From contig CAZJOD010000003.1 in the NCBI GenBank assembly GCA_964547525.1, forward strand, positions 1 through 63,176: a DNA stretch of 63,176 nucleotides, in the 5' to 3' direction. A program made the translations under genes and the position numbers. This stretch comes from an uncultured Clostridiaceae bacterium (GTDB lineage: Bacteria > Bacillota > Clostridia > JAAYHZ01). This document shows, piece after piece, positions 48,423 through 57,286 of this stretch (position 1 is the first letter of the stretch; every line of letters starts with the position of its first letter). Below the pieces are notes generated by a model. The model was not told the DNA's origin and did not search any database. It saw only the letters and a program-made list of their open reading frames with translations.

Positions 48423-50156
48423 TTAATTTAAAAAATTCATATTTAATAAAACTATTGAAAAAAGTAAGCTAATTATATTATGGATATTTGCATAACTAGT
48501 CGTTTTTCTAACTTGCTTCTTTATACAATACGTCAATGCCATATTAATTAAAAATGTAATGACAATAACCCATCCGGATATATTAATATAAAGCAATTGA
48601 TTTAGTATGGTTACTGATGATAAACCAATATAAAGAAATACAATAAGTGCAATAAAGCTAATTAACTGAAGTGTAGGTATAAGAAAATAACCCCTTTTTG
48701 TTTTAAAAATTATTATTAAGTATATTATGCAGCTCAATAAAAACAATAATACAATTCCACCTATTACATAAGGACTTTCAAATACACTAATTTTTATATA
48801 TGCTTGTGAAAAATCCGTAGCAAGATAAAGCTTACTACCTTTTTCTATAAATTTAACAATACCCATTGGTGTATCATAGACATTGTTACCCAAGTGAATC
48901 ATCTCTTCGTCATTTAGTTTGTAGCCATCAGATAAGGAACCTTTAATATAAAGTAATTTGCCCGGTATAATAAATCTTAAAACTTTTTCGGCTGTTTGAA
49001 AACCGGACCATGAATTTACATAATATCCGTTAATATTTATCGTTGCACCCGGTAGTGGATCTCTCTTGTCTTTTTCACCTAACAAATAATCTGTTATAAT
49101 GTCAGTAATCTTGTTAATTTGTTTTTCCGGTACATAAGTATTAAAAGATAAAAACAATCCTGCTTTCTGATTGGGATATAGGACAATCCTTGAATAAAAA
49201 TGTAATGTCTCACCTTTTTTATCATAATAGGTATTTTCATTTCTTATTTTTCTGTTCCATGTATAGCCAATACCACCTAATTCGTCAGCCATATAGTATT
49301 GTCTTTTAAATAACATATCTTTTATATCCTTTTTCAAAACTTTTTCTTCTTCTGATAAAAGCCATAAAATATACCTCCCCATATCATCGGAAGTTGAAAT
49401 AACCGACCCTTCCGGATACAAGTTAATATACATGTCTACCGTTTCATTTCCATTTGGAAGATATGCTTTAGATATATAAGCTTTATCAGTCATATAGTCA
49501 AAAGTTGTTCTTTCCATTTCTAACGGCAGGAATAAATTATTTGTACAATAATCCTTAAAATCTTCATTTACCGCCCGCTCAATAACATAAGCGGCAAGAG
49601 CTATTCCGTAATTTGAGTAAGAAGCAATTTCTCCCGGCCTATGAATTTGCTCAGGCATATATTTTCGTATGCTGACGTTAAGGGGCTCAGTATCACTAAC
49701 ATTAACAACAGCCATACCGGTTAAAACTTCTTCAAAACCTGCTGTATGTGTTAATAATTGATGCATGGTCACCGGATATTTTAGCTTTGGAAAGTCATTT
49801 TCCAAATAAAACGAAATATCCTTATTTAAATCCAGTACTCCTTCTTGATAAGCAATTAGTGCTGCTACGGCTACGAAGGTTTTTGATATAGATCCAATTC
49901 TAAATCCTGTATAACTTTGTTCTGCTTTAATTCCTGAAAGTTGATCGGAATAGCCAAAACCTTTTGACATTGCTATTTCCTGATTTATAATAAGTGTAGC
50001 AATTGCTCCTTTAGCTTTCCCTTCATCAATTAATTTTTGAATACCGGATTCAAACTGCTCTGTCATTAAATCGGATTTAGAATGAGTGGGAATCGCAAAA
50101 AAAGTTAACATCATTACTAAGCTTAAAATAGAAACAATAATTCTTTTCATTTTCAA
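48423..50156 (-). CDS. Serine hydrolase (class-C beta-lactamase/PBP-like) with a C-terminal multi-TM anchor
   Basis: Signal peptide, SISKTF (SxxK), YSNYG (YxN), and four hydrophobic helices in the last ~120 aa. Confidence 0.75.
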   Translation of the reverse strand: MKMKRIIVSILSLVMMLTFFAIPTHSKSDLMTEQFESGIQKLIDEGKAKGAIATLIINQEIAMSKGFGYSDQLSGIKAEQSYTGFRIGSISKTFVAVAALIAYQEGVLDLNKDISFYLENDFPKLKYPVTMHQLLTHTAGFEEVLTGMAVVNVSDTEPLNVSIRKYMPEQIHRPGEIASYSNYGIALAAYVIERAVNEDFKDYCTNNLFLPLEMERTTFDYMTDKAYISKAYLPNGNETVDMYINLYPEGSVISTSDDMGRYILWLLSEEEKVLKKDIKDMLFKRQYYMADELGGIGYTWNRKIRNENTYYDKKGETLHFYSRIVLYPNQKAGLFLSFNTYVPEKQINKITDIITDYLLGEKDKRDPLPGATININGYYVNSWSGFQTAEKVLRFIIPGKLLYIKGSLSDGYKLNDEEMIHLGNNVYDTPMGIVKFIEKGSKLYLATDFSQAYIKISVFESPYVIGGIVLLFLLSCIIYLIIIFKTKRGYFLIPTLQLISFIALIVFLYIGLSSVTILNQLLYINISGWVIVITFLINMALTYCIKKQVRKTTSYANIHNIISLLFSIVLLNMNFLN

Positions 50157-50897
50157 TCACTCCTTTAAATAAGTACACCATTGGTCATAAATTTCAGCTT
50201 CTGATTTTTTAAAAACTTCAATATAATCACCGTCACCCTTTGCAAATGCAATTACCTTATCCCATCCGTAGTTTTTATCAAGAAATTCTATATACTTATA
50301 TGAAAATGCATAACCGCCCATATTACCAAATTTCAAACCATTATTTGTTTGCATATCTTCTATGGATGGTATATCAACATGTTTATATTCAATCTCCTTA
50401 GGCACTTGACCGGCTAAATATGTTGCTAGGCTATTGTCCCAAAAATAGGATATCTCTTTATTTATCCTGTAATTGATTGCATGAACAAGCTCATGAAGTG
50501 TTGCTGTTAGAATACTGTCATGAGTGTGAACCTTAACAGGTGTGTAGGGTGAAACCATCATGATATTTCCATTGTGACTATCTCCTATATGCCACTTCGG
50601 TGCAAATAGCAAAGTAATAAACCCTGCTTCCCTTAATGCCAATTGTTTTTGCGTTTTATAAATATAAACATCAATAGGCTCAGTCTTTTGAAAATTCATT
50701 TTTTGATAGATTTCATCCGATTTTTGAACCAAAAGATTAAATACCTCTTTTGCCCCTTTTTCTTCATCAGGGTGATAGTATAGGTTTATAAATTCGTTTT
50801 TCATTGACTTACTACCTACCGGTTTTAAAATAAAAACCGGTAATGTTTGAAGGATTACTAATGTGACAATAATGATTATTTTTAATGCTGTTTTCAT
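50157..50897 (-). CDS. Secreted/anchored putative zinc metallopeptidase (HExxH)
   Basis: N-terminal hydrophobic segment and a HELVHA motif. Its stop directly abuts the start of the hydrolase gene. Confidence 0.45.
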   Translation of the reverse strand: MKTALKIIIIVTLVILQTLPVFILKPVGSKSMKNEFINLYYHPDEEKGAKEVFNLLVQKSDEIYQKMNFQKTEPIDVYIYKTQKQLALREAGFITLLFAPKWHIGDSHNGNIMMVSPYTPVKVHTHDSILTATLHELVHAINYRINKEISYFWDNSLATYLAGQVPKEIEYKHVDIPSIEDMQTNNGLKFGNMGGYAFSYKYIEFLDKNYGWDKVIAFAKGDGDYIEVFKKSEAEIYDQWCTYLKE

Positions 50898-50982
50898 TTA
50901 TCTTCTCCTTTATAAATAAAGCTGTTAATCTTATAATAGATTAACAGCTTTAAATAACGCTTATGAAAACCTTAAATAATCC

Positions 50983-52374
50983 TTAAACCTTTGTAAGTTT
51001 TATAATAAAAGTGCAGCCCTTATCAATACCGGACACTAATTCAATGTCTCCATGGTGAAGATTAATAATTTTCTGTGTAATTGCAAGCCCTAACCCGCTT
51101 CCACCCGTTTCAGAATTTCTCACTTTATCTGCACGAACGAAGGGTTTAAAAATATCCCTAACAAGTTCTACAGGTATGCCAATACCATCATCCTTTACGA
51201 TTATAACAATAAATTCATCCGTATCCTTTACTTCCAAAGTTATTTTAGTATCTGCACAGTTATACCGTATTGCATTTTCAAATAAATTATCCAGTGCCCG
51301 ATTCATTTCTTTTTCATCAATATTTACAAAAAACTCTTGTTCAGGTATATCAATTTCATATAAAAAACCGTTTGCTTCCAGTGATTCAATATATTCGGCT
51401 GCTTTGCCCCTTAAATATTCACAAATATCAACAGGCTTTAAATTAAGCTTGTATTGTGGGTTTTCCAGTTTTGATAAATCAAAAAGCTTTGAAATTAAAG
51501 TGTTTGCTCTGCTACTATTACTATATATAAGTTTTAAGTAGTCATCATGATTAGAATGCGGATGATTCATTAAGTATTCCGCATAGCCCATAACCACTGC
51601 CAATGGGTTTTTTAAGTCATGAGCGATATCTAAGGTTAACTGCCTTCTTAGTTCCTCTGACTTAATTCTTAAATCAAATTCAGATTGGATTCTTTGAGCC
51701 ATCTCATTAAATGAATGCTCTAATTCAGCGAACTCAGAGTCTTTACTGATTAATGTTCTGATTTTATAATCTCCGTTTTTAAATTTATTGGCAGTTTCTT
51801 TAAGCTTTAATAAAGGGTTGGTAAAACTTGTAGCACTCATTCTTGAATATATAACCGTACTAAAAGTGAGTAAAAGTAAATATAGAGCTATAACTATAAA
51901 AATAAATGTTATGACGACATTTTCATCTACTGATTTATAATTTTTGTTATGTGTCACATTAAAATCAAATCGTATCGATGTAGGGAATGTAACAATAAGC
52001 CAAAAGTTTTCATTTTCATTATATGCAATAGAGTAACTATATTTACGTTCAACACTTTGCGACTGCGTAAGAAATTGAGTAAATTCAGTAGCAGTAAGCC
52101 GGCTTTTTGGAAAATTATTAATCCCTTTTGATAATACTACTGTATAATTTGAATTAACCACATGGAGTCCGCCATTATTTTTGAGTACATTACTATAATC
52201 AATATCATATATATTGTCTTTCATTAACGACATTGCATTATACTTATTTTTTACAAGCATTCCTTCTAAAATACCGGAAGCATATCCTAACACAAGAAAA
52301 GCAATGAAAGCTATAAATGTTGTAATAAAAAATATCATGATATAGTTTACAAGAAATCGATTTTTAAGCTTCAT
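50983..52374 (-). CDS. Sensor histidine kinase (two TM segments, HAMP, HisKA, HATPase)
   Basis: H-box AHDLKNPL, N-box NAIRYN, G-boxes DDGIGI and GGSGLGLAI. Confidence 0.9.
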   Translation of the reverse strand: MKLKNRFLVNYIMIFFITTFIAFIAFLVLGYASGILEGMLVKNKYNAMSLMKDNIYDIDYSNVLKNNGGLHVVNSNYTVVLSKGINNFPKSRLTATEFTQFLTQSQSVERKYSYSIAYNENENFWLIVTFPTSIRFDFNVTHNKNYKSVDENVVITFIFIVIALYLLLLTFSTVIYSRMSATSFTNPLLKLKETANKFKNGDYKIRTLISKDSEFAELEHSFNEMAQRIQSEFDLRIKSEELRRQLTLDIAHDLKNPLAVVMGYAEYLMNHPHSNHDDYLKLIYSNSSRANTLISKLFDLSKLENPQYKLNLKPVDICEYLRGKAAEYIESLEANGFLYEIDIPEQEFFVNIDEKEMNRALDNLFENAIRYNCADTKITLEVKDTDEFIVIIVKDDGIGIPVELVRDIFKPFVRADKVRNSETGGSGLGLAITQKIINLHHGDIELVSGIDKGCTFIIKLTKV

Positions 52375-53047
52375 TTTTCTTAACCTTGCACATCTTATAG
52401 CCTATTCCTTTTATTGTTTTAATATATAATGGATTTTGTGGATCGTGCTCGATTTTATTTCTGACCCTACTGATATGAACCATAATTGTATTATCATCAT
52501 ACATATAATCATCATCCCAGACGGCGGAGTATATTTGCTTTTTAGTAAAAACCCTTTCAGGGTTTTCCATAAATAATTTAAGAATTAAAAACTCTTTAGC
52601 ATTTAAGGATAAATCCTTACTATTTTTATATGCACTACAAGCAGTAATATCAAGGGTTATATCCCCGTTTATGTATTGTAATGTTTTTTGCGTGCTTCTC
52701 TTTACCCTCACAGAAATTCTTGCAATCAATTCTACCATACTAAATGGTTTTACAAGATAATCATCTGCACCAAGACCAAAGCCTAAGACCTTATCCATAT
52801 CATCGCCTCTTGCGGTAAGTAAAATTACCGGAACATTGCTATTTTCACGTATTTTTCGAAGGAGATTAAATCCATCAAGAAATGGCATCATCACATCAAA
52901 AAGACATAAATCGATTATATGTTGATTAAGAAGGTCTAAGGCCTGTCTTCCGTCACTAGCACAATAAACCGTATAGCCTTCATTTTCAAGATTTAGTTTT
53001 AATAGCTCTCTTAAATCCTTTTCGTCCTCAGCAATTAAAATATTCAT
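52364..53047 (-). CDS. OmpR-family response regulator
   Basis: ILIAEDE, phospho-acceptor FDVMMP, KPF, and a C-terminal winged helix (IKTIKGIGYK). An alternative GTG start is at 53056. It overlaps the kinase gene by 11 nt. Confidence 0.9.
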   Translation of the reverse strand: MNILIAEDEKDLRELLKLNLENEGYTVYCASDGRQALDLLNQHIIDLCLFDVMMPFLDGFNLLRKIRENSNVPVILLTARGDDMDKVLGFGLGADDYLVKPFSMVELIARISVRVKRSTQKTLQYINGDITLDITACSAYKNSKDLSLNAKEFLILKLFMENPERVFTKKQIYSAVWDDDYMYDDNTIMVHISRVRNKIEHDPQNPLYIKTIKGIGYKMCKVKKNEA

Positions 53048-53263
53048 AATAACCACATCTCTTTTTTATAATGAACAATTTGCATTATCGTTCTTTTAAA
53101 ATAAAACTACATCAAACTTATTACTATAATGTTAATAAATACAACAATTCGTATTGTTTCCACCAATAATATTAAACGCAATTTGCTTTATTAATGATTA
53201 TAATGCATGTGTTAAGCAGTATAATTATTTGATAAGTTTCCAAATAATTATACCTTATTTCTT

Positions 53264-53502
53264 TCAATCTATCAACGGACGTTTGTTAAGTAACTTAAGT
53301 ATGTTCTCCATATCTAAATTCCGATTTTCTTCATGGCTTTCAGAAACACTCATTACATCCTGTATATCTTGTATGAATTTACCATTTCGTGTTTTTATAA
53401 TCTTCTCATATAATTCATAATATGTATACTTGTTGTAAGCTGTTTTCTCTTCAAACATATAGGGGATGAGTGCTCCAAGAGTACCTTAGTCAATTCGATA
53501 TT
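53264..53502 (-). pseudogene. 3' remnant of a paralog of the 545-aa lipoprotein gene (55455..57092)
   Basis: By hand alignment, 53336-53502 matches 55451-55622 with 8 substitutions and one 4-nt indel. The remnant carries an in-frame TAA (GAA in the intact copy) and a frameshifted tail. Confidence 0.7.
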
Positions 53503-53631
53503 AATTATTATGTGAAAACTTTGTATAATAAACAATTATAAAATCCGGTAAAATAAATGCAAGGGAAAAATACCATAAAAAACAAAATGAACAAATGCAG
53601 GTACTTTTCTTTAAAGAAAGGATTAATGATT

Positions 53632-53763
53632 ATGAAATATAGAAAACTAGGATATTCAGGGCTAAAGGTAAGCGAAATCAGTCAAGGTGACATATTTATC
53701 AAAAGAACGTTTAATTACATCCGGTCGGAGATAGACACTACCTATTTTCTCATCTTATTTTAA
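53632..53763 (+). pseudogene. Possible 5' remnant of an aldo/keto reductase gene
   Basis: MKYRKLGYSGLKVSEIS-G is a canonical AKR N-terminus and is preceded by AAAGGA. Similarity is lost after ~20 codons and the ORF stops at 53763. Confidence 0.3.
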
Positions 53764-53977
53764 CGAAAACTTAACACTTAAATATTTATACAAGACTATA
53801 CTTATTTCAAAGCATAAAAAAACCTATAAACCGATTTATCGATTATCCGTAATAAACAAAAGGGTGAGAGTCCCACTCATTACCCTCTTATTGTAGCTTA
53901 GGCAAGAGATGGAAGAAACATAACCGGCTTTGTTATGTTTGGATCCAAATTTATAATAGCAAAAGGATTGATAGCAA

Positions 53978-54418
53978 ATGAGAATACTTGTTGATGCAGA
54001 TGCCTGTCCTGTCAAGAGCATAATTATCAACGTGGCTAAGGAGTATAATATACCCGTAGTCATGTTCATTGATACAAGCCATAACATTAAGGACAGATAT
54101 TCTGAAGTGATTGTTGTTGACAAACAAAGGGATTCAGTTGATATTGCTCTGGTGAACAGGGTCTCACCGGGAGATGTGGTTGTTACACAAGATTTTGGCC
54201 TTGCAGCCATGGTCCTTGGCAAAAAAGGGACTGCAATAAACCAAAATGGTATGATCTATTCCGATGGGAATATGGACATGCTACTGTTTGAACGTTATTT
54301 ATCTCAGAAAATACGACGAGCAGGGGGCAGGACAGCAGGGCAAGGAAAAAGAAAAAAAGAAGACGATGAAAAGTTTGAAGTTTCATTTCGAAAAATTTTA
54401 AAACAGCAAACCGATTGA
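53978..54418 (+). CDS. yaiI: YaiI/YqxD-family protein (UPF0178/DUF188)
   Basis: MRILVDADACPVK N-terminus and GDVVVTQDFGLAA motif. 146 aa. Confidence 0.8.
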   Translation: MRILVDADACPVKSIIINVAKEYNIPVVMFIDTSHNIKDRYSEVIVVDKQRDSVDIALVNRVSPGDVVVTQDFGLAAMVLGKKGTAINQNGMIYSDGNMDMLLFERYLSQKIRRAGGRTAGQGKRKKEDDEKFEVSFRKILKQQTD

Positions 54419-54438
54419 TAAGAAATAATAAGTACTTA

Positions 54439-54483
54439 GGGACATTTCTCAACTAACCCCATTTTTTTATGAATGTAACCATA
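54439..54483. repeat. Left copy of a 45-bp direct repeat
   Basis: gggacatttctcaactaaccccatttttttatgaatgtaaccata. It matches the copy at 62997-63041 at 42/45 positions. Confidence 0.85.
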
Positions 54484-54652
54484 AACATTGTTAATAAACT
54501 CAAACAGGATTGCTATATGATCGCGTCTGTCGGCAAACCATGCGGCTAATGCAAACGCTGTCCGCTTGTGTGGTAAAATACGTGATAGTTCCCACAAACA
54601 AGAAAGCGGTAATTCGTTTCCATTTTAAAGACACCGGGCAACAGCGAACTTT

Positions 54653-55021
54653 TCAAAGTTTCCGCATCTCTTGCGAATAATCCCATATATTTACTAAGTC
54701 AAATTTTACTATTATATTATATTTGTTCTCCATATATTTACTAACTTCGTTTAGCCGCAAATCAAAATTAGATTTAGTTTCATTTAAATTTAAACGATTT
54801 GTTAGTGGATAATGATATAAAACAGTTAATTCTTTGTATGTACCTAAAAGGTCTGATTCATTTATCTCCAATGTAGTAAAATTGTTCTCAATACTTTCGT
54901 CAGATTCTTTGTCTATCATTGTAGAAATATTTTTATTAAAATTATCCTTATTAATAAAAGAGCAAGAACTCTCTAATATAAGTACTAAAATTACTAAAAT
55001 AATAAAATTAATCTTTTTCAT
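54653..55021 (-). CDS. Small secreted/lipoprotein, hypothetical
   Basis: 122 aa. The signal peptide ends in the ESSC lipobox-like motif. Asn/Lys-rich. Confidence 0.45.
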   Translation of the reverse strand: MKKINFIILVILVLILESSCSFINKDNFNKNISTMIDKESDESIENNFTTLEINESDLLGTYKELTVLYHYPLTNRLNLNETKSNFDLRLNEVSKYMENKYNIIVKFDLVNIWDYSQEMRKL

Positions 55022-55454
55022 TTCAATATACCTCTTATATTATTTATAATATATTCATCATAAACCTAAAAGCTTTTTGGCATATATATGCAGTCAGAAG
55101 ATTTACAAAGGATTATTTATATTAATAATATACCAAATTTTAGAGTGAAATTACCGGGTAATTTGACAGAAAGGTTCAACCAACTTCCCGTTGTGCTTAT
55201 TTTCTGCCTTTGAACTGCTTTTCTCCATTTCTGATCCTTTCATTAACAAGAGCGAGGATTTTATCAAAAATCGCTATTGATTTTGCTATGTCGGAACAAT
55301 ACTCTCCTATACTCTTCAAATGCTAATGCATTATCATATATTCTTGTCCCGAATCGTAAAGGCTGTGTCGTATACTTTTTTAAATACGGAGATTGTCCCT
55401 GTTATTCTACCCTTAGTTGATAAACATCCCTGTTATTCCCCTTTTTTAAAGCTT

Positions 55455-57092
55455 TCAGAAACACTCATTAATTACATCCTGTATATCTTGTATAAATTTA
55501 TCGTTTCGTGTTTCAATAATCTTCTCATATAATTCATAATATGTATACTTGTTGTAAGCTGTTTTCTCTTCAAACATATAGGGGATGAGTGATCCAAGAG
55601 TACCTTCGTCAAATCGATATTTTCCGTTACCGTATTCAGGAGAGTTATATATTTTAGTTAACCCCGTTATAATGGAACCTTCCTTTCTCATAATGTTATC
55701 AATCATCATTTCATGAAATGGATATAAGTCAAAACTTGTAATAATTGTGTCAGTTATTCCCTCGTCGTTAAAATTCCCATATAAGCTTTCAGGCAACAAA
55801 ATACCATTATCAACTGTATAACCACGAAATAAAGAAATATTATTAATATTTGATACGGTTTTATCGACATATAAAAGGTTTAATTGATAATCAATCTTGT
55901 AATTGCGGTTTTTGATACCATATTTCATGAGCAAGTTTGCATTCGGGTCGGAATACAACCAATCTAAATACTTTACAGCCGTCTGTTTTTCATTGCATGC
56001 TGAATTAATTACAAACATTTCAAGGTGTTGTAATTGATACGACGGAAAAGCAGGTAGATCATTTAAAAAATAAACGTCATATATGGATTTATCCAAATTA
56101 AAATCTTGATATAAAAACATGCCGTATTCTATAACACCGGCAAGAAGAGATTTAGATTTATTATAATTTAAAATGTTTATATCCGTAGTTATAGAATATT
56201 CTTTAAATATATCCAAATATATTTTGATATCATCTAAAATCGGAGTATCATCAATTCTATAAATGGTTTTTTTTAAATCATCTTTTTTAAAATAATACAT
56301 AAATTCAAGATCCCAGTCTGTATAATATTCTCGGTCATTTATTATCTTTAATAATATATTGCGTTGTGCTTGAAAAATTATTAAATCATGCGGTGTAATC
56401 AAATCTTTTTCAAATATTTCACTACATGCGTTAATAGCATCTTGTAAAGTACTAAGATTTTGTTTTTCCAATTGGCGATTAATATTTCTTTCAATCACAA
56501 AAACAGGACATGAAAGATATGATATTGGTAAACAAATCCCGTATACTCCTGATTGATAACCGACCGATGGAAGTAACTTATAATATTTATTATAAAACTC
56601 TAACAGATATGGTGTTTCGCCGTTTATAAACTTGGTGATATCAGCTATGTAACCTGATTTTATTAAATACAATAGATCATTCGGCATTTTATACTCTTCA
56701 GGTAATACTCTATTGAGATTTCTTGATTGTATGTTATATGTTCCATAGGTAACAAATATATCCGGTCCGAACCCGGAATCCAAAAATATTTTTAGCGTAT
56801 TCGTGTATGTGTCACCTCGCAAGTATAGAGAGCTCTCAACATCCGGCATTCTGACAGAGATACTAAGATCATTTTTACTTAATTCATTTAATTTATTAAA
56901 TATCTGCTTGTACTCGTCTTTTTTATCCCAATATGGATAAAAAATTGTTAACTCACCGTTATTTTGGTCAATAAATGATTTATTCGGATTTACATGCTTC
57001 GGTACATTTTCAACAAAATTAATGTTATATTTTGAGCAAGAACATATAAACATTGATATAGTAAACATTATTAATAAACAAATTTTTTTCAT
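55455..57092 (-). CDS. Hypothetical lipoprotein (possibly solute-binding-protein-like)
   Basis: 545 aa. Signal peptide plus FICSC lipobox. No confident motif. A remnant paralog lies at 53264-53502. Confidence 0.5.
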   Translation of the reverse strand: MKKICLLIMFTISMFICSCSKYNINFVENVPKHVNPNKSFIDQNNGELTIFYPYWDKKDEYKQIFNKLNELSKNDLSISVRMPDVESSLYLRGDTYTNTLKIFLDSGFGPDIFVTYGTYNIQSRNLNRVLPEEYKMPNDLLYLIKSGYIADITKFINGETPYLLEFYNKYYKLLPSVGYQSGVYGICLPISYLSCPVFVIERNINRQLEKQNLSTLQDAINACSEIFEKDLITPHDLIIFQAQRNILLKIINDREYYTDWDLEFMYYFKKDDLKKTIYRIDDTPILDDIKIYLDIFKEYSITTDINILNYNKSKSLLAGVIEYGMFLYQDFNLDKSIYDVYFLNDLPAFPSYQLQHLEMFVINSACNEKQTAVKYLDWLYSDPNANLLMKYGIKNRNYKIDYQLNLLYVDKTVSNINNISLFRGYTVDNGILLPESLYGNFNDEGITDTIITSFDLYPFHEMMIDNIMRKEGSIITGLTKIYNSPEYGNGKYRFDEGTLGSLIPYMFEEKTAYNKYTYYELYEKIIETRNDKFIQDIQDVINECF

Positions 57093-57286
57093 TTTAGAAC
57101 TTCCTTGAATATGAAATCAAATTCTAATTAATTGATATCCGTCCCCAATGTCTGTCTTTCACCTAAATTCCTTTTTCTTATATTTTAATTACTATTTTTT
57201 GGTATTCATCAATTATTTTGTTCTACGATATTCTATCTTTTCAATTATCTATATTATATCATCCGCCAATAAATCACTCAAGTGAT

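Noticed and set aside
53916-53940. Perfect 9-bp hairpin (aaacataac-7 nt-gttatgttt) upstream of yaiI
   Set aside because: The stem is AU-rich with no following T-run on either strand. No function can be assigned from sequence alone.
54490-54640. Possible RelE/ParE-like toxin remnant (…PGVFKMETNYRFLVCGNYHVFYHTSGQR…) on the minus strand next to the left direct repeat
   Set aside because: Only ~25 residues resemble the YRxxY...Y.ifY toxin core. The frame is broken, and no antitoxin-like ORF lies immediately upstream. It is too short and degenerate to call without an HMM search.
55100-55454. 433-nt gap between the two lipoprotein genes, with fragmented minus-strand reading frames (…YDNALAFEEYRRVLFRHSKINSDF* / DKILALVNERIRNGEKQFKGRK*)
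   Set aside because: It looks like a degraded gene, but I cannot assign a family. There is no intact ORF or RBS.
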